A stretch of DNA of 64,000 nt, taken from the NCBI GenBank assembly GCA_964016885.1, contig OZ024740.1, forward strand, positions 189,844,001 to 189,908,000, written 5' to 3'. This stretch comes from Eledone cirrhosa (lineage: Eukaryota). Every line of letters starts with the position of its first letter. Position 1 is the first letter of the stretch. Position numbers and translations under genes: made by a program. Shown here in pieces: positions 42,296 through 54,189 of the stretch. The notes below the pieces were generated by a model. It saw only the letters and a program-made list of their open reading frames with translations. It searched no databases and had not been told where the DNA came from.

Positions 42296-42995
42296 ATCGG
42301 CAGTTGGACATGTGTCCATTACAATATCGGAAACTGAACTATTCCTGTAAGAGTTTGACCGAATTATGTTTTAAACCAAAGTATTAAGAAACCTATATGA
42401 GGGAACAGATATGGAAATTTGGAATATGTTATTCAATGATAACGTAAATAAAACAAGGGATGACTTTGTAATAAAAACAAAGCTGATCATAATAAGAACT
42501 ACCTCACCGCCCATAAAAAGGGATACTTGTCCGTTATTAACAACAGAATAAGGTAAAGCTCTCTAAAGGATAATCTGGGTTTCTATAATTATGCATATTT
42601 TATTGGGTATTAGACTAGACCAATAATCTAACAGGACGCTGTACGGCTATTATATTGTAAAGCCGGCACCAGAGTTTATAGATTGTTAACATTTACAGAA
42701 AACATATGCTGCAATCTGATGACTACCGTCTAAACTCTGTAAAATTACGGAGCTTTCGAGACAGATAATTGAAACACTTGGGACAAATCCAGCATCCTGA
42801 TCTAAGAAAAACGGAGTCAGTATAAGAGATTTATTCAACATTTAGAAATTCTGCTGCCTTTTATTACTACTGAGATTTACAATTCATAGTTTGCTTTCCC
42901 TTATTAGCTAAGCTATTATGCATTCCGAGACACTCGTATAAGTAGTTGGTTAAACGTGATCTGTGGAAAAACAACAGCAGAAACAACAAAAACAT

Positions 42996-43055
42996 GATGA
43001 TAATGATAATAATAATTATATTATTAATAATAATTATATTATTATTAATAATAAT

Positions 43056-43111
<56 letters not shown>

Positions 43112-43204
43112 TTATGACGATGGTGGTGGTGGGGTGTGGGTGAAGAAGAAGAAGAAGAAGAAGAAGAAGAAGAAGAAGAAGAAGAAGAAGAAGAAGAAGA
43201 AGAA
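42996..43204. repeat. (AAT)n and (AAG)n tracts
   Basis: Direct reading. Confidence 0.95.
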
Positions 43205-43902
43205 TGTAAAATACATAAACAATAACAGGAAAAGAAAAAAGAGCAGAAGTAAATGAACAACAATAAAGAAAGAAAAGATAAAGAGACAGAGACGAGAAGT
43301 ATAGAACGAACGGAATAAAAATGATAGACGATGGAAGTATGTAAGAGAAGGTTTGACTGGTCTTACTGGATTTAAAATTTAAAAGAAAGAGACAGAAAAT
43401 TAGAGAGAGAATACTGGAAATTACAAGGGACATAAAACAATGGTAAAGAATCGTGGCGCATAAAACGGTAGAAGAAATCATGTACTTAGTAAACTATCGA
43501 TTTATATCAAATTGAAAGGACCCTGCATAAAACACGAGGCCTCGTTTTATCTTTGTGGCAAAAATAATGTATTCCACTCTTTAAATTGTAGGTATTAGAT
43601 GCATATTCTTATACTTTTATTATTTTATTTCTTTAGGTGTTTTGACTACAACCATGGTTGAGCATAGCCTTCAATAGTTTGTTCGATTATATCAACTACA
43701 GCAATTTGGCCGGTTCTTATTTCATTGGTCTCAATCGGATTGCCTAAGATCACTCAGAGCATAAATGGGGGTGATACAAATAGTAAGAATGCTACTATAT
43801 ATTTTGTTAACGCACAGCTATATTGACATTTCTTAACCGATACTCACGTACAAGCAGACGCCTAGACACACAAACACGTATACAGCAACACACACTCTTC
43901 AC

Positions 43903-43948
<46 letters not shown>

Positions 43949-43952
<4 letters not shown>

Positions 43953-44278
43953 ATAATAATAAATTTGAAGACTCGATAAGGATAAATATATATCAGATAT
44001 ATAAGAACCGTAGAGCAAATATTTATGAAAATAACAGATTGAAGTTTAAGCAAAGAATCGCTGCTTTCACGCTTAGCGGGATCTCCTGAAACTAAAAACG
44101 TAAATCTTTGAACGCATAAGTAAATATTTCAAAAAACGTTGCAACCGGAGGAAGAGAGGAATACGATACTTTGGTTCGTGGAAATGTTCCCTGGCAAAGA
44201 ACGAGAAAAAAAACGAAGATAATACGTCTATATGTGGAGCGGTGAAAACAATTACACTCAAAGACAAAACCACGTTTA
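43949..44278 (-). mobile_element. Solo pLTR fragment of the 1453-5178 PLE, with HHR-like motif at 44043-44093
   Basis: Same terminus agtaataataataaatttgaagact abutting (TA)n as at 1453. Confidence 0.82.
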
Positions 44279-44470
44279 AATAAACAATTAAAAAGAATTA
44301 ATAGGAGTTAAAATCTAAAAATTAAAATCAAATGCTGCAGTAAGTTTTTTTCCCATCTTTCTTGCTCAAAATTTGGCTGGAGAATCCAACTATATATATA
44401 TTACTTATATACATACACACACACACACACATACACACCCACACACACACACACCCACACACACACACAC

Positions 44471-44525
<55 letters not shown>

Positions 44526-44679
44526 TATAAATATATATATATATATATGCAAAAGTTGTATTTAAAATTGTTGGGATACAACAAGTAAATATTTTATAAC
44601 TGATATAAAGCACTCGACAAGTTTTTAGAGTAGATATACGATATTAAATAAATGGAAACTCTATTTATAAAACCATATT

Positions 44680-44744
44680 TATTTCATTATACATATTTCA
44701 GGGATACCAAATTAAAATATGGTATGCCTTCATCAGACAAAATA
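44680..44744 (-). ncRNA. Minimal type I hammerhead ribozyme
   Basis: tattttgt-CTGATGA-aggcatacca..tggtatccct-GAAA-tatgta-TA-atgaaata. Confidence 0.8.
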
Positions 44745-45494
44745 CAATATATAAACAGTTTTATAAATAATTTTGACGTACCCTATTAGAAGCAACCATT
44801 ATTTTTGGAAGGTGTCTGGATAGTGAGATGTTTATAATTATTTTATTAGTTATAGTGTTAAGCACAGTTAGAAAAAGATGGAGAGAAAGAACGGAGAGAG
44901 AGAAGGAGAGAGAAAAAGAAGGAGAGAGAGAAAAATAAAACCTGGAGAAATACCGGAGAGAGGAATGGTTGCAGAAAAGAAATATATACATAGATAGGAG
45001 GAAATGAAAAATAAAGAAAAAAGGAAGAAATAAGAAAAAACAAAGGAAAGCAACAGAGAGATAATAATAATTCATCATACCGATAGAGAAACTCAAGAGC
45101 GAGGAAATACTATATAGAGAGAGGAGGATATATTGACAACTTTACGTTATGTCATATTAAGTTGAGTTAACAATTCATATGAAATGAATAATAAAAATGT
45201 AAATATCAATATTCATGAATGGGACATAGATATATAATATGAGAAAATAACATTGTTCAATAATGACCATATGTTTAGTTTAAAACCTTGATGTCAATAT
45301 ACCAAAATCTGAGTTAAAACCTTCAAAAAATACCCTATTTATAAAAATACGGATACACATATGTATATATATATACACGCATATGTACGTCCTGAAAAAA
45401 GATAAATTATGTCTACTCCAGTCAATAATATAGACACACAAATGATTTCACTTGATCACTTCCATACATTTCTTGTATTATAAAAATTTCACAA

Positions 45495-47758
45495 AAGTGT
45501 TCCTTACTTTGCTCGGAAAGAGTTTTTGGGGTTAAATCCACGTCAAGGTCCATTGCTCGCAAAAATAGCTTGTTTTGATTTTGCAGCAGGTCAAGGGAGG
45601 TAACTCTGGCCGGTGTTAGGGCAGTCTTTCTTATCTGCTACGAGATGAGGTTACAACCTTACCATTGTCGATACGCATGTAATCAACGCTTATCTTGAGA
45701 GTTGTTTTTTTTTTGCCGCATCTGTTTGTCTGAGTCGTTTGATGCTGGGTCTGGTATGCAAGGATTCTTTCCTGGGTGTTTATTTGTAGCGTGTTAAGAC
45801 TTGTTGTAGGGAGATCCGGTGGACGGTTTCACTCCTCATCCTTAACCCATCTGAAGAAGAATATTTTTAAGCGATGTGTACAACTTATCACTGTTTCAGC
45901 TCTTCCGTTGATGAGGTCGTGGGGTGCAGTTATGATGTAGTAGAGCTCCATGAGGCAAATATCGCATTTCCTCTTGAAGTTGTACGGTGCAGCCCTGCCG
46001 CCAATCTCCCAGTGCGTGGAGAACCTGATGTTTAAGTCCTTTAGTGATGTGATGTAGTCAGCGAGCGAAGTGGAGTGCCTTAGTTTTCTATTTGTGAAAG
46101 AGTGGAGATGTGTTGGAAACCTAATTTTGAACGGGCCGGGGGTAGCCCCTATATAATGTTTAACGCTACTGTGGATTTTAATAGTGCATCTATATATAAC
46201 CCTATCAGTCAATCAGTATCCTCTAAGGAGGCAGCGTCCTCTGTCGCTGCAGTTGCAATTTCTGTCGCGGTTCCGTCTATTTCCCACGGTAAGGCTATCA
46301 TTGTTTCTGTTTACGTTGTTACCTACGCTACCGCAGCTGTCGTTAACACCATTACAACCCACAGCACGCGGGGTGGTGCGATTATTATTCCGCACGTCAT
46401 GTCCTGCATGTTCCCCAGTCATTTTGCGATTATGCTGGTTGCGACTGCGGATGCCGTTGCCAACACTATTGGATGCTGCCAGGGTGTTGTTAAGGCCGAT
46501 ATAGTTATTGTCAGGTGTAAGTGCGTCTGTGTCGAGGTGCTGCGTCTTGGTGATCTTACTGTGGTTCGTTGTTCCTATGATGTCTGCTAGGTTAGGAGTA
46601 GTAGAGAAGGATGTTTTATATTGTTACTATTAAGAATGTTTCTATACCTATGGTTGGGCGGGAAGTTCTTCTCTAAGGTCGAAGAACACCCGGGATATAT
46701 TGGAAGCCACACTCCGAGAGTAGGGGGCTGGAACCATAGGACGTTACGGTGGCGATTATGTGTCCTTGTACGTTTGCTACGGGTGGTTCGATCTAGGTGA
46801 CCGCTCTTATGTTTGTTTATGCGCAGTCGCCCGTTCGGTGCCCCTTTCACTTTATGTTCGAGTGCACTCTTCCCACCTCTTCCATGTTTATGTACAGGAA
46901 TATGTTGGTTGGAAGGCGTTGGTAGTAGGCCGTCGCCTTTGTTGGTTTTGTAATAGGGGAATAGTTCGAGTAATCTACAGTGGTGACCGTCGCCGGGGTC
47001 GTGATCTTTAATGCGGTTATCTATTCTAATATATCTGACTTCAACTTCGCTCGCTGACTACATTACATCACTAAAGGACTTAAACATCAGCTTCTCCACG
47101 CACTGGGAGATTGTCGGCAGGGCTGCACCGTCCAACCTCAAGAGGAAATGCGATCTTTGCCTCATGGAGCTCTACCACATCATAACTGCACCCCACGTGC
47201 TCATCAACAGAAAAGCCGAAACAGCGATACGTTGTACACATCGCTTAAACATATCCTTCTTCAAATGGGTTAAGGATGAGGAGTGAAACCGTGCACCGAA
47301 CCTCCCTACAACAAGTCTTAACACCCCGGCGGGCAGGCGCTGTAAAATAATACCCAGGAAAGAATCCTTGTATACCAGACACAGCATCAAACGACTCAGA
47401 CAAACAGATGCGGCAAAAAAACAAAATAACTCTCAAGATAAGCGTTGATTACATGCGTATCGACAATGGTAAGGTTGTAACCTCATCTCGTAGCAGATAA
47501 AAAAATTTGTCCGTGAAAGACTGCCCTAACACAGGCCAGAGTTACCTCCCTTGACCTGCTGCAAAATCAAAACAAGCTATTTTTGCGAACAATGAACCTT
47601 GACGTGGATTTAATCCCAAAAACTCTTTCCGAGCAATGTGTGGAACACTTTTGATTATTTATGCCCTTGAGAAGCCCAACTGGGCGAAACGTACGTAGCT
47701 GCTGTTCTAAATAAATATGTTTTAACGGTCTATTCTCCGATTTCTTACTTTCCCACGT
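45495..47758. mobile_element. Naiad-like PLE remnant with about 600-bp inverted duplication
   Basis: About 45500-46085 is the reverse complement of about 47040-47640. GIY-YIG VIYRC..YIGAT..FKIR, CDIC..CTH and WFQPP. Confidence 0.85.
47663..47700 (+). ncRNA. Minimal HHR-like motif with U3-A8 core
   Basis: TTGAGAA-gccca ac tgggc-GAAA-cgtacg-TA. Palindromic ACGTACGT, weak stem I. Confidence 0.6.
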
Positions 47759-47764
47759 ATACAT

Positions 47765-47837
<73 letters not shown>

Positions 47838-48075
47838 CATACATACATACATACCTACATACATACATATCTATATGTACGGCAACACTCATCTTTTTCC
47901 ATTTCTCCGAGGGTTATAAACCCCACTATCGGGCTAGAAATTTCTTTAGTCTAAAATACGGTGAAAGCTTATTATTTCTAACTTCTAATTTCAAACTCGC
48001 TCACCGTTTAAAAAAACTTACTTACATGTTTTTACATTTATAATTTGTTTTTATATCTATATATATCTATCTATA

Positions 48076-48192
<117 letters not shown>

Positions 48193-48260
48193 ATATATAC
48201 AATAAATCAGGAAAGAAGAGTGACACGGTTTGCTGTACAAAAAAGGTTTGTAATCTCATT

Positions 48261-48366
48261 GCTGACAATTGTTTCTCTGAACTGGTGGGTCTAGAGATCG
48301 CTATCCGCCTATCTTCGCGTTACTCGATCGCCAATATAAAATTATAACCAGTCAGTTCATTGGAGC
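48261..48366 (-). ncRNA. Decayed HHR-like motif with long stem II
   Basis: gct-CCAATGA-actgactggt...accagttcaga-GAAA-caattg-TC-agc. Confidence 0.4.
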
Positions 48367-48831
48367 TTGCGAGAATGAAGAGAATATACAGACATGAAAA
48401 GAATATACAGTCTACTATATGTAGTAGTAATTGCATTCAGTTAGAACAATAACAATAATATCAACAATGCTAGCAATATATTACTTTAAATAATCACAAC
48501 ATCAATCTACGTGGGAAGTATAGTATATCTATGACTTTAGCGTGTACAACTAGCTGACATGAGGCAGATGTATAAAATTGACATGTAAAGACTGTCGTAG
48601 GGTGTATTATACCAAGTGTAAAGATAAGCTGGTGTTTTTAAACAATGTAGGTCAGGTGGCCGTAATAGTCGGTTTTTATCTGACCGATGAAGTATTTATC
48701 ACTGTAGTAGAATTTGTGTGGTCTATATTAGATGAGAGTTCTGTCTATCTTTTCCATCGTCAAAACATACATGTATAAGACAACACTAATAAAGCTAAAT
48801 AATGGGCAAGTTAATACAGAGGTTATGGAGG

Positions 48832-48926
<95 letters not shown>

Positions 48927-49259
48927 CACACACATGCACTCAAACATATACATACATATACACACATACAAATACATACATACAAAGAGAAAACATGCTG
49001 ACTATAATTATAGCAAGAGGAAGGTAAAGTTCCGTTGTAGTATTATTTTGAAATGTTCTTGGATTTAGGATCAAGTGATGACAGCAGCTGAAAAGAGATA
49101 AGTTTATGGGTTGATGAGGTGCTTACAGACATTAGTGTGGTATAGAACTAAGAAGGCTAGAATTTACTTAATGATTATATTTCTGTGGTGATTCGTGCAG
49201 AGTAGTGGGTATCCTAGTTGAAAGCTATGTTACGTCGGTTCGATTCATAAAGGTTTAAA

Positions 49260-50240
49260 TCTTATGAATTTAGTGGCAATTTTGTGTCTGCAGAAGATAG
49301 ATCTTTCTAACTTGTTGTTAAGTAGCCTTTTTACATTTTAAAGGATATACAGTAGTTCTAGATCACATAGCTCACAGTGGGATATACCTGTACTGTAGGT
49401 TTTAGCAGCCGACAACCTCGACCAGTTGATACTGTAGCTAGTGTTGTTGTCCTTCAGTTCCCATATTTTGGGGGCGAGGGTTGTAGAACCCATAAGTGCA
49501 CGATTTTTCATCGAGTTCCTGTGCACATACCATATTTTTTTAAAAGAACCCGCGGTTGGTCCAATGTAATGCCAGGTGGAGTTGTCTGAGTTGACCGTAC
49601 ACATGTACACTAGGCTCGAATCGAGATATCTATTCGCCAATGGGCACCTATCCGGTAGGTGACAGTTACAGTTTGAGGTGTTATTTCGTGCAGCTTCTAC
49701 AGTGCTGTTTATTACTCTGCTATAAGTGGGCTGTGATTCATGCCCGTTGGGGTTTTGCTGCTGCGCGCTTGTATTTGCTTGCGGTTGTGATACTGTGATG
49801 TGTTTATGCTTATAATTTGGTGGTTCTTGCGTATGTGCGATTCTATATTTGCTGCCGTAGAGTATGAGAGTTTTATAGTATTTCTATTGTGTATTTTATG
49901 ATATCTATGTGAAATAGGGAAGCGTTTATCTATTATTTTAAAGAATGTAGAAGGCAGTCTGGTTTTTACAGAGGAGTTGAAGATTGTGTTGAATTATAGG
50001 TATTTTCTTTCTCTGATACTTCTATTGTTTCTAGGATTTACGTTATTAATGTTTTGACCATTCACTCTAGGTGCTACGTGCCTAACCCTATGTCTAGTCC
50101 AGTTACTTCTATCTTTGTGTGAGCGGTTGGTATAGTTGCTATTAGGATTGTTTACGTTGTCTTTATTCGCTATATACTGCAGTTTATCTGTATGTCCGGC
50201 CCTACGTAATGCTGCGTTATAATAGTTAGCATGTTCGTTA
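49260..50240 (-). mobile_element. Naiad-like PLE 3' fragment
   Basis: CNCHLPDRCPL, LVYMC..YIGPTAGSFKK, CELCDLE. Confidence 0.8.
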
Positions 50241-50249
50241 AATATATAA

Positions 50250-50336
<87 letters not shown>

Positions 50337-50410
50337 ATCAAGGTTTAGCAAATAAGAACAAGTTTCAAAATAAATTTTAAAAAATTAACTTTACTTACTA
50401 TGGTTGCCTT

Positions 50411-50488
50411 TACTGAATCGGTTTCGAGTCTCAAACATAAACGGAGTCCATACGGCATCCGTTGCAAAGAAAACCCCTCGTCAGAATA
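50411..50488 (-). ncRNA. HHR-like motif with extended stem II
   Basis: tatt-CTGACGA-gggg..aacgga..tccgtt..gactc-GAAA-ccgat-TC-agta. Confidence 0.55.
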
Positions 50489-50776
50489 TAAAATTCCTGA
50501 GTTCAAATTACGAACTGGCGCAATTCAAAATTGTTCCCGAGATGAGAGTAAATGAAGTGGAAGCAATTATTTCAAATGCCGTGTGTAAAGATAGAGGCAG
50601 AGGCAGGGAGTTTAGTCGGCTCCCGCTATAACTAGCAGTAGTCAGAACGACCAAATTTTTTCTCAACCAAGAGGAGATAGTAATAATAGAGTATATGTTC
50701 CTACCCGCACAAGGCGCTAAGGGACACATGTATTGTCCAATCATATGCCAATGTGGTTCAATGGCAAGTTAATAAT

Positions 50777-50965
50777 TGAGGTTTTTTTTACAAAATGAAA
50801 AATAACCGGTGTCCTACACGAGTAAAAGTATAAGAAAAAAAGCTGAAATCGAAAATACAACTGGAGTCTTTTTTCTTTTAATATATATTTATTTGGGTGC
50901 TTTACCGGTTTCGCAGTTCTTCTGCTTTTCACGAGTAGAATTGAGATGGAGGGTCTCTAGTTTTT
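50777..50965 (-). mobile_element. Neptune-like pLTR fragment with decayed HHR (50900-50935)
   Basis: Homologous to 36163-36360. Confidence 0.8.
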
Positions 50966-51041
50966 ATCACAAATATACATATTGGTATATTCACAAAAGC
51001 ACAGAAGGGTGCAAGTCAAATGTGATTCACATATAGAATTA

Positions 51042-51698
51042 CATTGAATCTTTGCTTATCCGGACGGTCAAAACCAAACATTTAGAAAAATATCTGGTTA
51101 AGTGCAAAATCCGGATAAGTGAATTCTAAAATCCCATTGTTACATAATGCTCGTGGTTTCTAATGTTTTGGGTTCTTTTAGTCAAAATAAAAGACAAATG
51201 CTAAGTAATGAAAGTTTATTAGAATAACAAAAGAACAGCTAGAATTTATGAGAAAATTAATTAAACAAACATAAGAATAACTAAAAACTTGGTAAAACTG
51301 AATTGAGTCAAACCATAAAAAGTTAGTACTTTTATAAAAATGAATAAATAGAAGATTGTTTTCGCGCCGAAGCTCGTCGTTCCGCTACCATTTCCACGCA
51401 ACAGCTGAACGGTCAACCACCTCCCTCATGTTTATCGCACGTAAAAATGGAATCATTCCCGTGTCCCCTTTTCCGATCAAATCAGGCAGCAATTGTTTTC
51501 TGTAAACCTGCTTTAGTGCCTCCAAAACTCCCTGGTCCATTGGCTGAATAATTGACGTAGCGTTCGCCGAAAGAAATGCTGCCTGAATCTGTCCGTCTGC
51601 CGAAATCAAGTCTTCCTTATCCGGGGGTAGTATAGAAATAACTGTCCGGTAAATCGAATTTCGGAAAAGTGATAATCCGGATAAGCGAAGATTCATTG
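51042..51698 (-). mobile_element. Internally deleted pogo/Tigger-type DNA transposon
   Basis: TIRs cattgaatctttgcttatccgga / tccggataagcgaagattcattg. DDE_1 fragment FLSANATSIIQPMDQGVLEALKQVYRKQLL. TA at the left end. Confidence 0.85.
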
Positions 51699-51862
51699 TC
51701 TTACAAAAATATGCCATTGTTCCTTATCATAAATCGATAATAGTTTTGAACGAATTAAATAGTTTATTACAACCCTTGTAGGACATCTTTCCAATGTTGA
51801 GTATTTAATAAATCATCGTTATTATCTTACTCCTATTTTTCACAACATTATATTTAATGATA

Positions 51863-52000
51863 AATTTACGGCCCTTGCCATTTTGAGTTCAAATCACGCC
51901 GAGGTTAACTTTGCCTTTCATCCTTATGGGGTCAATAAAATAAAGTGCCAGTAATACACTGGGTATTTGCTGGCCTTGTGCCAACAGTAGAAACAATTGT
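51863..52000 (+). mobile_element. SINE family A (5'-truncated)
   Basis: Family match. Confidence 0.8.
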
Positions 52001-52095
52001 ACTTAATGAGTGAATCAGAGATTATTTTTTGTTGTTGGTTTACCTTCTAGAAAACAGGAGTAAACTCTTTATCATATCAATGATTATCTAATCTA

Positions 52096-52341
52096 AGTCT
52101 GTCGTAAGCCAGAAGGTTCGTTAGGACGGTGCTTATCCCGGTTTCATGGCGTGAAGCAACTGAGAGTACCAGACTCCTCCCTGGTGAGGATACCAGTACA
52201 TCGACGGGTTAAATCTCCAGCTATTACTGGTACTCATTTTCAGCTGTGTCTACTGGAGCAACGTGAAATGAAGCTCAGATATTGGATTCATGACATTATG
52301 ATCGTAAGTTCAACGCTCATACCTCTAGGCCACGTGACTCC
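52096..52341 (-). mobile_element. tRNA-derived SINE family B
   Basis: Head ggagtcacgtggcctagagg. Homologous to 42020-42295. Confidence 0.7.
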
Positions 52342-52970
52342 AATGTCTACCAGCTTGAAAAGATGGAATTACATGTTAGATAGACTATGTATAAAACGAA
52401 GGCCATGCCTAGTATGCGTTTGATCATAGGCGTGTTGACTCGCGTCAGTCCTTGGGTTAGACACAAATATTAACACTGTTATCACCATGATAGACATTAT
52501 CATTCTCAGCGTCCTATTTCTAACAATGTGATGCCCGCTGTCAGTGATAGAAATCATATGAGAATAATAGCAATGTAAGAAAGGAAGAAGTATATACGTC
52601 AAAAATAATGTTGAAATAATAACAAGTACCATTTTTTATATATTTATCTAAATATATATTCTAAAATGGTTAATCTGCATACTAACAGCATTACTAAGAA
52701 TAATAGAAATTCACATGTTGATATTTTAAATCGAATCAAGAAAGACGACAGTAAAACAGATTTTGCTTAAAACATTTATGTTAATAGTGATATCAAGTAT
52801 ATGAGTTATATGCAGACGTGGACAATGTGGAATGAGGATAACATTTTAACAAAAGTATGCATGATCTTCTCATAACTTTTGAATGAGTCAAACCCACTAC
52901 TATATAAAGCGTTAAACTATACTTCATTGTTCAGTGTAGTTTTGTGTGATGTTTCCGGTGACATGTTTCA

Positions 52971-53009
<39 letters not shown>

Positions 53010-53187
53010 AGATCGTACCTAGATAGGGTTCTAGTTAGAAATAAGGATAGGGACATGTTAAGCTGTTCATGGTTGCCTATTCAGATCACAAACTAGTGAC
53101 CTGCATGGCAAACGTTGATAGAACCCAGAACTGTCAGTAGGCAAGTCCCCCAGAGATGTATTCAATGGGACTAGCATTGAAGTTCTG

Positions 53188-54156
53188 GTGCAAATGAGCC
53201 CAGAGCGAATAGCTATGATCCCACAGCGTGTACTCCTGGACGGACTCACCTACATAAACCTTTCGGTTGAGGGTAGGCGGCCTTCATGTTACCATTGCTT
53301 TAGCAGGGGTCACCTGAGGGCTTCCTGTCCTAAACTAATGAACCCAAAAAAGGCTCTTCTGCCGACACCCATCAAAACAACACAACCACCAACACCACCA
53401 CAACAACAACAACACCAACACACAAAAATAACCACAGCAAACACAGTCCCACCCAACCCCACTCCACCTAAAACCACTGCAAAATCACATACAGACACAA
53501 CAGCTCCCCAAGACATACCCCTCCCCAATCACACAGACGATACAACAGATGAGGCTATCTCGCCATCACCCAGTGAAGACGAGGGAGAACCCCATCGCTC
53601 GAAAAGAAAGAAAAGACATCACAAAAGCAAAAAACCAGCAAACACTACCACAAACATACAACCACCAACACAAACAACAAAAATATCACAAACAAAACCC
53701 CCACCTCCTGAAAACAAAATACCTACAACAAAACGAAAGCACACACAAGAACTACAGACAAAAACAAACACAACACAAGAAAATTACACTTACACTTACA
53801 TAAACACTGAAAACAAAACACTAATGGAGACCATCACGAACGACCCTTCGGTTTTCACCGAAGGGAAAACTTTCGCCCACTCTATAAAAAATAGCAAAAA
53901 ACTGAACCTTAAACTGATTAGGGTCCCTATACAAACTTATAGGTCCCTAAAAGAAACATTTGAGAAGGATGTGGGGAATTCCTGCGTGAAACCACTCAAC
54001 CGCGTCCTTCTCAAATGCATCCCCACCCCAGACACCCCCACCCCACCAAACATCTGCGTCTCCACCCCGCCGGAAACCACCAACCATCCAGACAACCCCT
54101 CCAACACCCCCATGGAAATCGTGCGGCCTGGTCCCCAGGAGGCGAAGGGTCAGTGA
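53188..54156 (+). CDS. LINE ORF1 (5'-truncated) with CCHC zinc knuckle and Pro/Thr-rich tail
   Basis: CYHCFSRGHLRASC. Confidence 0.8.
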   Translation: MQMSPERIAMIPQRVLLDGLTYINLSVEGRRPSCYHCFSRGHLRASCPKLMNPKKALLPTPIKTTQPPTPPQQQQHQHTKITTANTVPPNPTPPKTTAKSHTDTTAPQDIPLPNHTDDTTDEAISPSPSEDEGEPHRSKRKKRHHKSKKPANTTTNIQPPTQTTKISQTKPPPPENKIPTTKRKHTQELQTKTNTTQENYTYTYINTENKTLMETITNDPSVFTEGKTFAHSIKNSKKLNLKLIRVPIQTYRSLKETFEKDVGNSCVKPLNRVLLKCIPTPDTPTPPNICVSTPPETTNHPDNPSNTPMEIVRPGPQEAKGQ

Positions 54157-54189
54157 TCTCTTTTCCTCTTTTAACTTTTCAGCACCAAC

